Shown: positions 18,378 through 27,664 of the stretch, piece by piece
Position numbering within the stretch: position 1 is the first letter of the stretch
Layout of the letters: the number at the start of each line of letters is the position of its first letter
IMG/VR virus record: IMGVR_UViG_3300017705_000602
DNA length: 64,000 nucleotides
DNA from: a virus
Lineage: Duplodnaviria; Heunggongvirae; Uroviricota; Caudoviricetes
Direction: 5' to 3' (one strand)
Program-made: the position numbers and the translations under genes
Notes under the pieces: model-generated
The model's database searches: none
What the model was told of the DNA's origin: nothing
Seen by the model: only the letters and a program-made list of their open reading frames with translations

Positions 18378-18890
18378 ATGCACATGCGTAACACCACACT
18401 CGGAACAACTGTTTATGTTCAAGGACGTCCACATGACGTGATACATGCACGTGAAAACGATTGTAGTCAGTATGATATACACTACTTGTTAGACCATGAA
18501 CATGATCGACTTTTACACGTTAACCGCACCCACAGCACCACGTTCTTGACGCAGTGCATAGACTGGCCACGCACAAACATGAGTCGTGAGCAACGTGTTC
18601 AATACATGCTGGATCCTACAGGTCATGTACATGCTCGGGATTCGCAATGTTTTCACTGTGTGTATCGTGACCAGGCACAAGTGTTCTATCTTGATCGTGC
18701 GCATCAAGTCTTGACACATTACGTACATACAGCGGCAACTGGACATATACGTGTTCAAGAATGGAGTACCGATTACACTGTGCATGATACTGCACAAACT
18801 GTGTATGATCGTGCTCGCTGGTTTGCACAAACAATACTACAACAAGACTACAACGCGCAACCTCGTAGACCTTTTCCTCTGTTTCAATAA
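18378..18890 (+). CDS. His/Thr-rich hypothetical protein with internal duplication (YLLDHEHDRLLH / FYLDRAHQVLTH)
   Basis: SD GGAG then ATG 18378. Confidence 0.55.
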   Translation: MHMRNTTLGTTVYVQGRPHDVIHARENDCSQYDIHYLLDHEHDRLLHVNRTHSTTFLTQCIDWPRTNMSREQRVQYMLDPTGHVHARDSQCFHCVYRDQAQVFYLDRAHQVLTHYVHTAATGHIRVQEWSTDYTVHDTAQTVYDRARWFAQTILQQDYNAQPRRPFPLFQ

Positions 18891-18960
18891 CACTACTAGT
18901 GCGGCAACCGATCGCGCGAACATGTTCGACCTGAACATGATATTCGAATACCTCAACGCG

Positions 18961-19021
18961 GAGATCTTCTATTCAGAATAGGAAATTTTCTATCCAGGAT
19001 AGGAGATCTTCTATCCGAATA
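18961..19021 (+). repeat. three 21-bp direct repeats (DUE/iteron-like)
   Basis: GAGATCTTCTATTCAGAATAG / GAAATTTTCTATCCAGGATAG / GAGATCTTCTATCCGAATA. Confidence 0.75.
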
Positions 19022-19025
19022 CCCC

Positions 19026-19190
19026 TGTGGATAAAGTTATCCACACCCTGTGGAAAAGCTGTGGATATCATTGTGGATAAGCTGTGGATAACTTTATTCA
19101 CACCCTGTGGATAACGGTGTGGAAAACCTGTGGATAACCTTGGGGTCAGGGCTGTGGATAAGGCTGTGGATAAGTCAAAAGTTATCCACA
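19026..19190. promoter_or_regulatory. cluster of 13 DnaA boxes
   Basis: Perfect TTATCCACA/TGTGGATAA at 19026, 19037, 19072, 19083, 19106, 19129, 19153, 19165, 19182; near-matches at 19049, 19060, 19094, 19118. Confidence 0.9.
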
Positions 19191-19204
19191 AGGAATTTTG
19201 ATCA

Positions 19205-19293
19205 GGGTTCGGCCGGCTATAGCCCAGTCGCTTCCCACTTCACTGTGGTGTTGCTTTATGTGTACATAATAACACAGCTAGAGAAAAGGTCAA
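19205..19293 (-). ncRNA. minus-strand promoter plus small RNA, copy 1
   Basis: TTGACC-16-TATTAT then ACATAAAGCAACACCACAGTGAAGTGGGAAGCGACTGGGCTATAGCCGGCCGAA; paralog at 26555-26644. Confidence 0.6.
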
Positions 19294-19493
19294 CAGAAAA
19301 AATGCAAAAAAAAGATAAAAAAATTCTGAATTAATGGGTTGACTTCGGTAATGGGATTTCGTACTATACACACACGCACATAAACATATAAATGTGTCAC
19401 CCAAAATAAATGCAAAAAAGATACACAAACAGGTAGACACAAGAATCCAAAACCGTTATTATGTACGCAACAGTTAGGAAATAGGAGAGCAAC

Positions 19494-20291
19494 ATGTCAC
19501 AACAGAAACTAGAACAGTTTAAAGCAGAAGTCCGCAAGTGCCTGGACCGGGCAGGCAAGATGTACGGACTTGAAAAGCAAATGAAGAATGTCGACATCCG
19601 CTTAGACATACGTGGATATCGTGTAGCGGGCATGGCATGTAGAAAAGGATTTGTCAACTTCTCATTGCGCTTTCATCCAGACGCTATCCTAAAGCACTGG
19701 GACGAAATGGTTGACAACACCATTCCACATGAAGTTGCGCACACCGTATGCCAGATGAACCCTACACTGGGCAAGAACCACGATGCGGGTTGGAAGCGTG
19801 TGTGTCGCGCACTGGGCGGTGATGACAGTCGTACGCATACACTGGAGTTTGGTGAAAAGCCTAAGCGCACAGAGTGCTGGTACCGCACTACAACAGGTGA
19901 ATTGGTTGACTTAGGTCCTATCCGTCATGCTAAGGTGCAGAAGGGTGCCAGATACAATGCGCGTGGTAAGGGCAAGATACAGGCAGATGGTTATGTTGGA
20001 AACACAAAACCGGGTGCAAGTCAACCAGAGCCGCAACTTGAACAGGCAGCAAGAACACAGGCACCCAAGCAGAAAACAGTTTCAAAGTCAACCCCGAAGA
20101 CACAATCTGGTAGCAAGGCTGAACTGGCACGTGGTTACATCCAGAACTTGATTGACGCTGGACAGTCACAAGAACAGTTGTTGACAGACAAAGGCATTCA
20201 TGCTAAACACCTGCATGTCGCATTAGGGTTCGGAACGCTAGGGGCAGCTCGTTCTTGCTTTGTTGCTAACACCAACAAACTTTTCAAATAA
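19494..20291 (+). CDS. SprT-like zinc metalloprotease with C-terminal helical extension
   Basis: AG.A...TIPHEVAHTV...HDAGWKRVCRALGG, SprT HExxH signature. Confidence 0.85.
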   Translation: MSQQKLEQFKAEVRKCLDRAGKMYGLEKQMKNVDIRLDIRGYRVAGMACRKGFVNFSLRFHPDAILKHWDEMVDNTIPHEVAHTVCQMNPTLGKNHDAGWKRVCRALGGDDSRTHTLEFGEKPKRTECWYRTTTGELVDLGPIRHAKVQKGARYNARGKGKIQADGYVGNTKPGASQPEPQLEQAARTQAPKQKTVSKSTPKTQSGSKAELARGYIQNLIDAGQSQEQLLTDKGIHAKHLHVALGFGTLGAARSCFVANTNKLFK

Positions 20292-20366
20292 AACTCCAAA
20301 AAGTGGTAGACATCATCTACCACTTGCTCTATACTGTACACACAGTTAGGAAATAGGAGCAACACA

Positions 20367-20564
20367 ATGTCACTAGTAAACGAGATCAAAGCTTTTTGCG
20401 TGGACAATTACGAAGCCGGTTATGACGCTTGCGTAGAGTGCTGGGACACTGCAGATTACGAAGAGTGGATACGCGATTACAAAATTACTTCAGTAGAAGG
20501 TTTTGCCAAGTCGTATCAGTTCATGATTGATCATGCAAACGATATTCGTTCCACAGCATTTTAA
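20367..20564 (+). CDS. early small acidic protein
   Basis: Cassette promoter and SD. Confidence 0.75.
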   Translation: MSLVNEIKAFCVDNYEAGYDACVECWDTADYEEWIRDYKITSVEGFAKSYQFMIDHANDIRSTAF

Positions 20565-20628
20565 AATAGGTTGACTTCCTTTCTGTGTGTGCTAACATGT
20601 ACACACAGTTAGGAAACAGGAGTAAACC

Positions 20629-20835
20629 ATGCGCTACTACGTTGAAGCATACGATAAGAACGATAACCGTATATTCGGTAACCTGGACGGGCAAGGTGTG
20701 ATTGTAGCACAAGACTTTCGTCGCACCAAGCACTATAAGTCGCTGAGCACGTTCAAGACGCTGGACAACCGTGTTGCATACTACAAGATAACCAGTGGTG
20801 ACACCACGTTTGATGTGGTACAGAATCAAGCATAA
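20629..20835 (+). CDS. early hypothetical protein
   Basis: Cassette promoter and SD. Confidence 0.75.
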   Translation: MRYYVEAYDKNDNRIFGNLDGQGVIVAQDFRRTKHYKSLSTFKTLDNRVAYYKITSGDTTFDVVQNQA

Positions 20836-20909
20836 AATTAGCAAAAAGGAGTTGACACCGGTTGGCTCCTTTGTTACTATAAACACACGTTAACACACAG
20901 GCACGCACA

Positions 20910-21275
20910 ATGGATATGAAAAAGATTACGTTCGAGCACAACCTTAACACCGCGGGCGATGGCTTGTGGTCTGATCAGGCTCGCAAGGTTGCAACCACGT
21001 ACATGGAGACAGTAGTGTACTGTCCCGAGAGCAGTTACGGTGAACTGCGAGTTTACTTTGACACTGACACGTGGAAAGTGAACAAGCATGGGCTGATTTA
21101 CACTGACGAACGCTTTATTGCAGAACTCAGGCATGCGCTGACTCAGCACGGGCTGGCAGGTCACGATGCTTATTACAGTGAGCAAGGCATGCAAGGCAAC
21201 GACTATGTGAGCCTGGACATCAATGCTGAGTTTGTTGCAAGCTGGCAAGCATTAGGATACGAATCTTTAAAATAA
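20910..21275 (+). CDS. early hypothetical protein (GDGLWS...YTD..F...YSEQGMQG)
   Basis: Variant cassette promoter; ORF 121 aa. Confidence 0.75.
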   Translation: MDMKKITFEHNLNTAGDGLWSDQARKVATTYMETVVYCPESSYGELRVYFDTDTWKVNKHGLIYTDERFIAELRHALTQHGLAGHDAYYSEQGMQGNDYVSLDINAEFVASWQALGYESLK

Positions 21276-21337
21276 TGGTAGACTTCTTATCTGTGTGTGC
21301 TATTATGTACACACAGTTAGGAAACAGGAGCAACAAA

Positions 21338-21610
21338 ATGGCAAAGTTTACATTATCAAATCACGGGCTAATGGCCCTGGGCATCTACATCGGACACAAG
21401 GCAGCATTTCGTCGCAAAGAAATGGAATCGTTTGGTGTTGATTACGAAAAGGCACTGGAAGAGTTCCACAAGGTCGGACTGATGAAAAGTCGTAAAATGG
21501 ATATGACTCAGGCACGTGCCGCATTCAAAGAGCGTATCCCATCTGGCTTGGGTTCGCAGACTCATCAGTACTGTAAACAGCTTGGTTACGAGCGCTTGTC
21601 TTATTATTAA
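21338..21610 (+). CDS. early hypothetical protein
   Basis: Cassette promoter, SD AGGAG, ATG 21338. Confidence 0.75.
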   Translation: MAKFTLSNHGLMALGIYIGHKAAFRRKEMESFGVDYEKALEEFHKVGLMKSRKMDMTQARAAFKERIPSGLGSQTHQYCKQLGYERLSYY

Positions 21611-21687
21611 AAAAATGCAAAAAGTGGTAGACATTGTTTGCCACTTGTTCTATAATGTACACACAGTTAGGAAATAGGAATAATATT

Positions 21688-22131
21688 ATGTTTAACTTAA
21701 ACGAAAAGCTTAACGGTGTAGTCGAAACAAAATTAATTAAACGTATCGAGCACGAACTTAAAACAACGAAAGTGAATTCGAAAATTGGCGCCGATTCGCA
21801 TATTGCTACATGCATTTTAAAAGCGTTGCTAAAACTCGGTGAGGACACGCCGAAGTGGAAACGAAACGGATACGAAACACTGTATCGCGATTTACGAAAA
21901 GGCAACAGCTATATAAGCGGGCGACAGTTAAAATTCCACTCGGTAAATGGCGACACTTGCGATGAAATTGCCGAGCAAGCTAACAACGTGTTTAAGGCAC
22001 TTAAAATTAACGCTAGTGCGGAAGCATCGTTTAGCGAGGGCTGGCCCGGCTTTTTTTCGATAGCAGTACACAAGCGCGATAACACTATAACATCCGAAAC
22101 CGGTGCTGACATGTTAGAGCTAATCGAATAA
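21688..22131 (+). CDS. early hypothetical protein, paralog of 22209
   Basis: HIATCILKALL...GYETLYRDLRKG...GRQLKF. Confidence 0.8.
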   Translation: MFNLNEKLNGVVETKLIKRIEHELKTTKVNSKIGADSHIATCILKALLKLGEDTPKWKRNGYETLYRDLRKGNSYISGRQLKFHSVNGDTCDEIAEQANNVFKALKINASAEASFSEGWPGFFSIAVHKRDNTITSETGADMLELIE

Positions 22132-22208
22132 TTTATTATTTAAAAGTGGTAGACATTGTTTGCCACTTGTTCTATAATGTACACACAGTTAGGAAATAGG
22201 AGTAACAC

Positions 22209-22601
22209 ATGACAGATTTAAGTTTATTAGACAGTTCGTACACTAAGAAGAACATTGCGCGTATACAGGCAGCACTGGATACACATTCGCAACATGTTAT
22301 ACACGGCGACACCCATATTGCAACCTCAATTGTAAAGGGCTTGTTGGCGCACGAGGAAACAGCCCAGCCAGCCAGTAGCGGGTACATGACACTGTATCGC
22401 GAAACTCGCAAGGGCAAACAATTTGTGGGCGGACGCCAAATCAAGTTTTTTGGTTGTAGTGTACCGGGCATACCGCTAGACACCGTTGTAAGGCAGATTA
22501 ACCGGTCATACGACTCGCTGGGTATTAATGCGCAAGCTCGCTTGATAGACCCGGACAGCTGGAGCATTCCTAGTATCGCAGTGACAAAAAAGGAATATTA
22601 A
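22209..22601 (+). CDS. early hypothetical protein, paralog of 21688
   Basis: HIATSIVKGLL...GYMTLYRETRKG...GRQIKF. Confidence 0.8.
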   Translation: MTDLSLLDSSYTKKNIARIQAALDTHSQHVIHGDTHIATSIVKGLLAHEETAQPASSGYMTLYRETRKGKQFVGGRQIKFFGCSVPGIPLDTVVRQINRSYDSLGINAQARLIDPDSWSIPSIAVTKKEY

Positions 22602-22674
22602 TTGCAAAAAGTGGTAGACATTGTTTGCCACTTCTTCTATAATGTACATAACAGTTAGGAGATAGGAGAAAACA

Positions 22675-23328
22675 ATGAAAACACTTACAATTGCAAATCA
22701 AACATTTACGCCAGCAGACATCGTGACTCGCTTTACGGCAGCTCAGGACTCACCGGAGACCATGGGTATACAGTTAGCTGGCGACATTGGCAACTTGCTA
22801 CGCAATACAGTGACCACCTTTGCTCACGTAGTGCAAGCAACACCAGTCAAGCTTGCGGCCAAGAACAAGGCACGCAACATCTTGAAACTTAGCACAACCA
22901 ACGTGATGCTGTCAAGTTCACATGCTACGTACCAGAACGCTGTGAAAAACTCAGCTACCAAACAAGGTTCGGACCAGCAAAAGGTTGAAGACTTCAAACC
23001 ACAAGAAACATGGTTTACACGTGACGAAAAGTGTGCTGCCTTAGCAGTATCTAAAAAGAACGGGCTGCCTGTACTAGTGTACATGATATTCCCAAACCCT
23101 GTTAACACAGGCAAGCGTTATTACATAGACGCAGACACTGATCAAATTATGTCAATCGAAGACGTTACTGCGCTAATGACGCCCAGTGAAGCTAAAAAGG
23201 TGCTAGAACCAAGCACTGTACACCACAACAAAAAGCACGATATCGAACACACTGTGAGCACTCGTGCGGTGTACTTGCACAATGTAATCAAAGTGATTGC
23301 AAACAAACAAACGGTTGACAACTATTAA
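22675..23328 (+). CDS. early hypothetical protein, paralog of 39616
   Basis: TFAHVVQATPVK...HTVSTRAVYLHNVIKVIANKQT. Confidence 0.8.
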   Translation: MKTLTIANQTFTPADIVTRFTAAQDSPETMGIQLAGDIGNLLRNTVTTFAHVVQATPVKLAAKNKARNILKLSTTNVMLSSSHATYQNAVKNSATKQGSDQQKVEDFKPQETWFTRDEKCAALAVSKKNGLPVLVYMIFPNPVNTGKRYYIDADTDQIMSIEDVTALMTPSEAKKVLEPSTVHHNKKHDIEHTVSTRAVYLHNVIKVIANKQTVDNY

Positions 23329-23329
23329 C

Positions 23330-23376
23330 CCTCTCCTAACTGTGAGGTAAAAGCGTCCTACGGGACGCTTTTTTTT
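23330..23376 (+). terminator. anti-leader hairpin (CCTC-TCCTAACTGT-GAGG) followed by intrinsic terminator
   Basis: AAGCGTCC-TACG-GGACGCTT plus T-run at 23351-23376. Confidence 0.8.
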
Positions 23377-23454
23377 GAATAAAATAAACAAAAAGGTAGA
23401 CACACGATCTAGCTATGCTATTATATACACACAGTTAGGAAATAGGAGTAACAC

Positions 23455-23841
23455 ATGTTTACACAAGCTTTACACCCAGATTTTATTCAAGCAATGGGTC
23501 AGTCAGGATTAGGTCTGATCGTGAGCGCACTTAGCAAGCATCCTGAAGCAGTAGCGCAAGTCAATCAACTTGCAGACGATGCAAACACAGGGTCAGTTGA
23601 ATATGTCTCACTGCCTGAGTACGATTTGATTAGTACAGCATTGCAAGTCAGTTCAGCAGAAGCAGAGCACGACAACAAACCCGACTGGATGAATCTGGAA
23701 GAAAATGATTCGATCACATACTTGTGGGATCTTCCAACCGGTGAGATTGCAGGGTTTAACAGCAGAACTGATAAGTCAAGTGAAATTCGTTTGTTGTTTG
23801 AAAACAATGTAATTGTTGTACTTGATTCACATCTTAAATAA
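23455..23841 (+). CDS. early acidic hypothetical protein
   Basis: Cassette promoter and SD. Confidence 0.75.
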   Translation: MFTQALHPDFIQAMGQSGLGLIVSALSKHPEAVAQVNQLADDANTGSVEYVSLPEYDLISTALQVSSAEAEHDNKPDWMNLEENDSITYLWDLPTGEIAGFNSRTDKSSEIRLLFENNVIVVLDSHLK

Positions 23842-23906
23842 AAAGGTTGCATTCAGATCTGTGTGTGCTATTATGTACACACAGTTAGGAAATAGGAAGA
23901 AAAGAT

Positions 23907-24215
23907 ATGTACTTACCAGTAACAGTTTACAACCCATCATTCGGGAATTGCTCTAACAACGGTGTGACAGTAACACATCAAGACAAGCTTGTAGTACCTT
24001 GTCCAGACGGGCATGTCACGCAAGCGGACGTTGACGATCATGGTTACGTAGTGCTTGACATTGAGCACAAGGCACCCGGGTACACCAGTTTCAAACCACG
24101 CGGTGATAAGCGTTGGTTAATGATGGGCGGTGCGTTTGTGTACAGTTCGGACAGTCGCTTTGGTAGACACTATTCGCGACACCCGATACCAGTACATGAT
24201 CGCTACGAGGGGTAG
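23907..24215 (+). CDS. early hypothetical protein (CSNNGVT...MMGGAFVYSSDSRF...PVHDRYE)
   Basis: Cassette promoter and SD. Confidence 0.8.
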   Translation: MYLPVTVYNPSFGNCSNNGVTVTHQDKLVVPCPDGHVTQADVDDHGYVVLDIEHKAPGYTSFKPRGDKRWLMMGGAFVYSSDSRFGRHYSRHPIPVHDRYEG

Positions 24216-24217
24216 TC

Positions 24218-24352
24218 ATGTACTCAGTCATAACCAATTTTGGAAACTTCCCAGGGTTTGGCAGCTATGATGCTGCCAGACGCTTTGCTGTAAATTTGGC
24301 ACCCGGTTACATCTGGGGCATAGACCATCCGTCATACAGGAACATACCATGA
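24218..24352 (+). CDS. 44-aa hypothetical protein (not in ORF track)
   Basis: SD GAGG; MYSVITNFGNFPGFGSYDAARRFA...; stop overlaps next ATG. Confidence 0.5.
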   Translation: MYSVITNFGNFPGFGSYDAARRFAVNLAPGYIWGIDHPSYRNIP

Positions 24353-24747
24353 TACTCGAAGTCAGTCATCGCACAAGAAAGATCTTGATCAGAATCTTGA
24401 TCGCAACTTTGATTTTAACAGGAATGTATTCATTTGTCAAGTGGGCGAACTATGCCGCTGAAGACTTTCGTCACGCGCACAAGCTAACAGTGGACCGCAT
24501 AATCGAATGCTTCAACACAGATCACGAGATACAGTGTCGCGTTGACGCAAGCGACGGTGAAGAATACGTGCTGGACGGTTTAGTCAACCGGGGTCGTACA
24601 GTGTACAAGGAATGCTGGATCAAAGATCCGCGCACAAAAGACGCTAATCAAGAATGGTGTTACACAAATCTGCGCACCAGTTCACGTTATCGTGACGTGA
24701 CACACGAACAAGCTTGGAAAAAACAAGAACAGGAATTATCAGAATAA
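24349..24747 (+). CDS. membrane-anchored protein with periplasmic Cys pairs
   Basis: N-terminal TM helix, four Cys. Confidence 0.7.
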   Translation: MILEVSHRTRKILIRILIATLILTGMYSFVKWANYAAEDFRHAHKLTVDRIIECFNTDHEIQCRVDASDGEEYVLDGLVNRGRTVYKECWIKDPRTKDANQEWCYTNLRTSSRYRDVTHEQAWKKQEQELSE

Positions 24748-24810
24748 AAAGGTTGCATTCCGATCTGTGTGTGCTATTATGTACACACAGTTAGCAAACA
24801 GGAGCAACAC

Positions 24811-25101
24811 ATGAAACTTTCAAAGCGTAATCTTAAAATTGTAGAGCAGTTACAGGAACAGATCGAGCACCATGCGCTGATCATTGCACGCATCAAAGCT
24901 GACTGTCCGTACTTGCCGGACTGGTTCAAGAAAAAGCCTGTAGCATGGTACCAGGGCGCACAAGAGGCAGCGGCAGGCACACTCAATTCAATACTGATGG
25001 AGCACGGTTGTTACCAGGGCTTTCGTACCACATACGCAAAGAACAAGCAATTCAAAGTTGAATATCGATACGATTATTACTTCTTGAGTTCAGCAAAATA
25101 A
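24811..25101 (+). CDS. early hypothetical protein
   Basis: Cassette promoter and SD. Confidence 0.75.
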   Translation: MKLSKRNLKIVEQLQEQIEHHALIIARIKADCPYLPDWFKKKPVAWYQGAQEAAAGTLNSILMEHGCYQGFRTTYAKNKQFKVEYRYDYYFLSSAK

Positions 25102-25175
25102 TTCCAAATAAAGGTTGCCCTGGGCAACCTTTCCTCTTATAATGTACACAACAGTTAGGAACGAGGAAACGCAAA

Positions 25176-25400
25176 ATGGTTTTAAATGGTTTTTGGTTTG
25201 ACGAGAAAGTTGAGCAACTGGTACTCGACTTGCAGGCTGCGCACAAGGCAACCGCAGGTGACTTTCAAAAGGCACTCAAGCTTTTATATCCCGAACATCG
25301 TCAAATCACGTGCGAGCAAGACTTTCGTGACTTTGTAGAAGCTTACACCGACTACGTGGACAATCAGGAAGCCTTGGCCCACTACGGTAGCAACTATTAA
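25176..25400 (+). CDS. early hypothetical protein
   Basis: Cassette promoter and SD. Confidence 0.75.
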   Translation: MVLNGFWFDEKVEQLVLDLQAAHKATAGDFQKALKLLYPEHRQITCEQDFRDFVEAYTDYVDNQEALAHYGSNY

Positions 25401-25475
25401 TTGAAAAAAAGGTGTTGACAACAGTTGGCACCTTTGCTATTATGTACACAACAGTTAGGCACTAGGAGAAACAAA

Positions 25476-25970
25476 ATGGCATACGTATCACAAGAAGACA
25501 AAAAAGCATTAGCACCTGCAATCAAGGCAGTTCTCAAAAAGTACGGCATGAAGGGCACCATTGCCGTACGCCATCACTCAACGCTTGTGGTCAACATCAA
25601 GTCGGGTGACTTGGATGTAATGGGCGCTTGGAAAAAGGCAGCTCTTGAAAAGAACATTCACAAATACGACCTGTATAGCCCTGCAGACGTTGACAATCTC
25701 AATCGCTGTTTGGATGCCACTTACATAGATGTCAACACGTACTGGATAGACACAAACTACGCAGACGAACGTGTGGTTGCATTCTTGAACGAGCTCAAGT
25801 CAGCAATGGAAGGTCCGGACTTCTTTGACGAATCCGATGCAATGACTGACTATTTCCATCGCTCGCACTACATTGACATCAACATTGGGCAGTGGAATAA
25901 GCCATACGTGTGCAACAAAGAGGTTGCCAAGTTTGAGCCTGTTCAAGTTCGAGTTGCAGATCCTGTTTAA
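25476..25970 (+). CDS. early phage protein (MAYVSQEDKK...HHSTLVVNI...SDAMTDYFH...IGQWNKPY)
   Basis: Cassette promoter and SD; motif familiar from marine phage hypotheticals (not searched). Confidence 0.8.
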   Translation: MAYVSQEDKKALAPAIKAVLKKYGMKGTIAVRHHSTLVVNIKSGDLDVMGAWKKAALEKNIHKYDLYSPADVDNLNRCLDATYIDVNTYWIDTNYADERVVAFLNELKSAMEGPDFFDESDAMTDYFHRSHYIDINIGQWNKPYVCNKEVAKFEPVQVRVADPV

Positions 25971-26047
25971 AATAATTGCACAAAAAGGTAGACTTCTTAT
26001 CTGTGTGTGCTATTATGTACACACAGTTAGGAACGAGGAGCAACAAA

Positions 26048-26497
26048 ATGGCAACACAAGCAACAATTGCACGTCACAACACAGATGGCACGTTTGACAC
26101 AATCTATTTACACTTCGATGGCTACCTTGATCACACGTTTCGCATACTGCGCGAGCACTATGCAACACAAGCAAGCGTAGACGAACTGATTGAGTTGGGC
26201 GACCTCAGCGTAATTGCTGAGCATGCTGACCCAGGCCCAGGGCAAGATTATCACAGCTTTGAAACGCCTGCACAAGACGTCTGTATAGCATATCATCGCG
26301 ACAGAGGCGAGTCGTATGCAAAGACCAAAGCACAGCGAGTTCCGTTGCTTACAAGCGACGACACAGCGTTTTATACATACGTGTGGAGCAACGGACAATG
26401 GTACGCTTTTGCAGGTGGCAAGCCAGTTGAAGACCAAGAGCTGGGCACAATGGCATTGGCTGACAAACTGCACCAAATTGAACACATCACTTCCTGA
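26048..26497 (+). CDS. early protein (IYLHFDGY...LIELGDLS...AYHRDRGE)
   Basis: Cassette promoter and SD; motif familiar from phage/MGE hypotheticals. Confidence 0.8.
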   Translation: MATQATIARHNTDGTFDTIYLHFDGYLDHTFRILREHYATQASVDELIELGDLSVIAEHADPGPGQDYHSFETPAQDVCIAYHRDRGESYAKTKAQRVPLLTSDDTAFYTYVWSNGQWYAFAGGKPVEDQELGTMALADKLHQIEHITS

Positions 26498-26504
26498 CTG
26501 TACT

Positions 26505-26547
26505 GGCCCTCCGGGGCCTTTTTTAGCGGTGGTCCACGCTATTTTTT
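26505..26547 (+). terminator. tandem intrinsic terminators
   Basis: GGCCC-TCCG-GGGCC-T6, then AGCG-GTGGTCCA-CGCT-A-T6. Confidence 0.65.
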
Positions 26548-26554
26548 ATAGATA

Positions 26555-26644
26555 GATTTCGGCAGGCCGTGGCCTAGTCGCGTCCCATATCCTCATGGTG
26601 TAGCTTTATGTTTCTTATAATAGCATAACGCACACACAAGTCAA
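26555..26644 (-). ncRNA. minus-strand promoter plus small RNA, copy 2
   Basis: TTGACT-16-TATTAT then ACATAAAGCTACACCATGAGGATATGGGACGCGACTAGGCCACGGCCTGCCGAA. Confidence 0.6.
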
Positions 26645-26737
26645 CCCTAAATAAAATAAAATATCTTGCAGAAAAAGGTTGCACTCTATTCTAGTCGTGC
26701 TATTATGTACACACAGTTAGGAAATAGGAGTTACACA

Positions 26738-27022
26738 ATGTCAGTAAAACAAATTAACAATTGCGCAGACAGGCTAGAACAGATCGTGGAAGAAATGCAA
26801 GAACTGCTTGACGAAGCCGGGACTTTAATCACCGAGATTGATACGCACGGTGAACTCGCAGGGTCAGATTTGAACTTGGAATTCAAGAACTACATTCGCC
26901 CTCACTTACAGATACGCATAGGCGAGGATGGCGGTGGGTACATGTCAAATGAAAAGGGCCTTGGTGACATGGTCAATCGTGCGCGTGAAGTTGCAGATGA
27001 AATGGAACACATGCAAGATTAA
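26738..27022 (+). CDS. early acidic helical protein
   Basis: Cassette promoter and SD. Confidence 0.75.
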   Translation: MSVKQINNCADRLEQIVEEMQELLDEAGTLITEIDTHGELAGSDLNLEFKNYIRPHLQIRIGEDGGGYMSNEKGLGDMVNRAREVADEMEHMQD

Positions 27023-27094
27023 TTGAAAAAATAGGTTGCACTCTATTCTGTGTGTGCTATTATGTACACACAGTTAGCAAACAGGAGTTACACA

Positions 27095-27337
27095 ATGTCA
27101 CAATTATTTCAGCACAACAACATCGAACGTTCAACTTCACGCATCTGGAAAAAGCGCGAGCTCAACAAAATTGTCAAGGCATGCGCCGAAGCTGAGTACG
27201 ATGTGGTTGACACAGGTACACAGATTATAGTTGGTCTCAAAGACACAGATCAAATATTTCTGAAAGCACTCAAAGGCAACGGCTCTTGGTTGGTGCGTTA
27301 CGACAAGGGCTTGTTTGACGAGTCACTGGTAAATTAA
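27095..27337 (+). CDS. early hypothetical protein
   Basis: Cassette promoter and SD. Confidence 0.75.
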   Translation: MSQLFQHNNIERSTSRIWKKRELNKIVKACAEAEYDVVDTGTQIIVGLKDTDQIFLKALKGNGSWLVRYDKGLFDESLVN

Positions 27338-27409
27338 TTGCAAAATGGAGTTGACTGATGTCAACTCCTACTCTATACTGTACACACAGTTAGGAAATAG
27401 GAGACAGTT

Positions 27410-27601
27410 ATGCAAGAAGTTTTAGGTTACGATGTACGCGAGTTGTTCGACCCGGTTCAGACACATGCCGCTTACCGTGTTCCCAGTGATCAGATTGATC
27501 ACTTAAAGCAACACCTCAAGTCCGAGCACAATGCAACCCGCTTTCGTCGAGTTAAAACCATGATATCTGGTATCGAAATTTTGTGTTTTAAATTGAAATA
27601 A
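27410..27601 (+). CDS. early hypothetical protein
   Basis: Cassette promoter and SD. Confidence 0.7.
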   Translation: MQEVLGYDVRELFDPVQTHAAYRVPSDQIDHLKQHLKSEHNATRFRRVKTMISGIEILCFKLK

Positions 27602-27664
27602 AAGGTTGCATTCTTTTCTAGTCGTGCTATTATGTACACACAGTTAGGAAATAGGAGTTACACA

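Noticed and set aside
18961-19190. Bacterial chromosomal oriC
   Set aside because: No dnaA, dnaN, gidA or mioC context; flanks are phage-type genes.
19205-19260. HDV-like/theta ribozyme on the plus strand (GGCCGGC start)
   Set aside because: I could not assemble the nested double pseudoknot, and the promoter points to minus-strand transcription.
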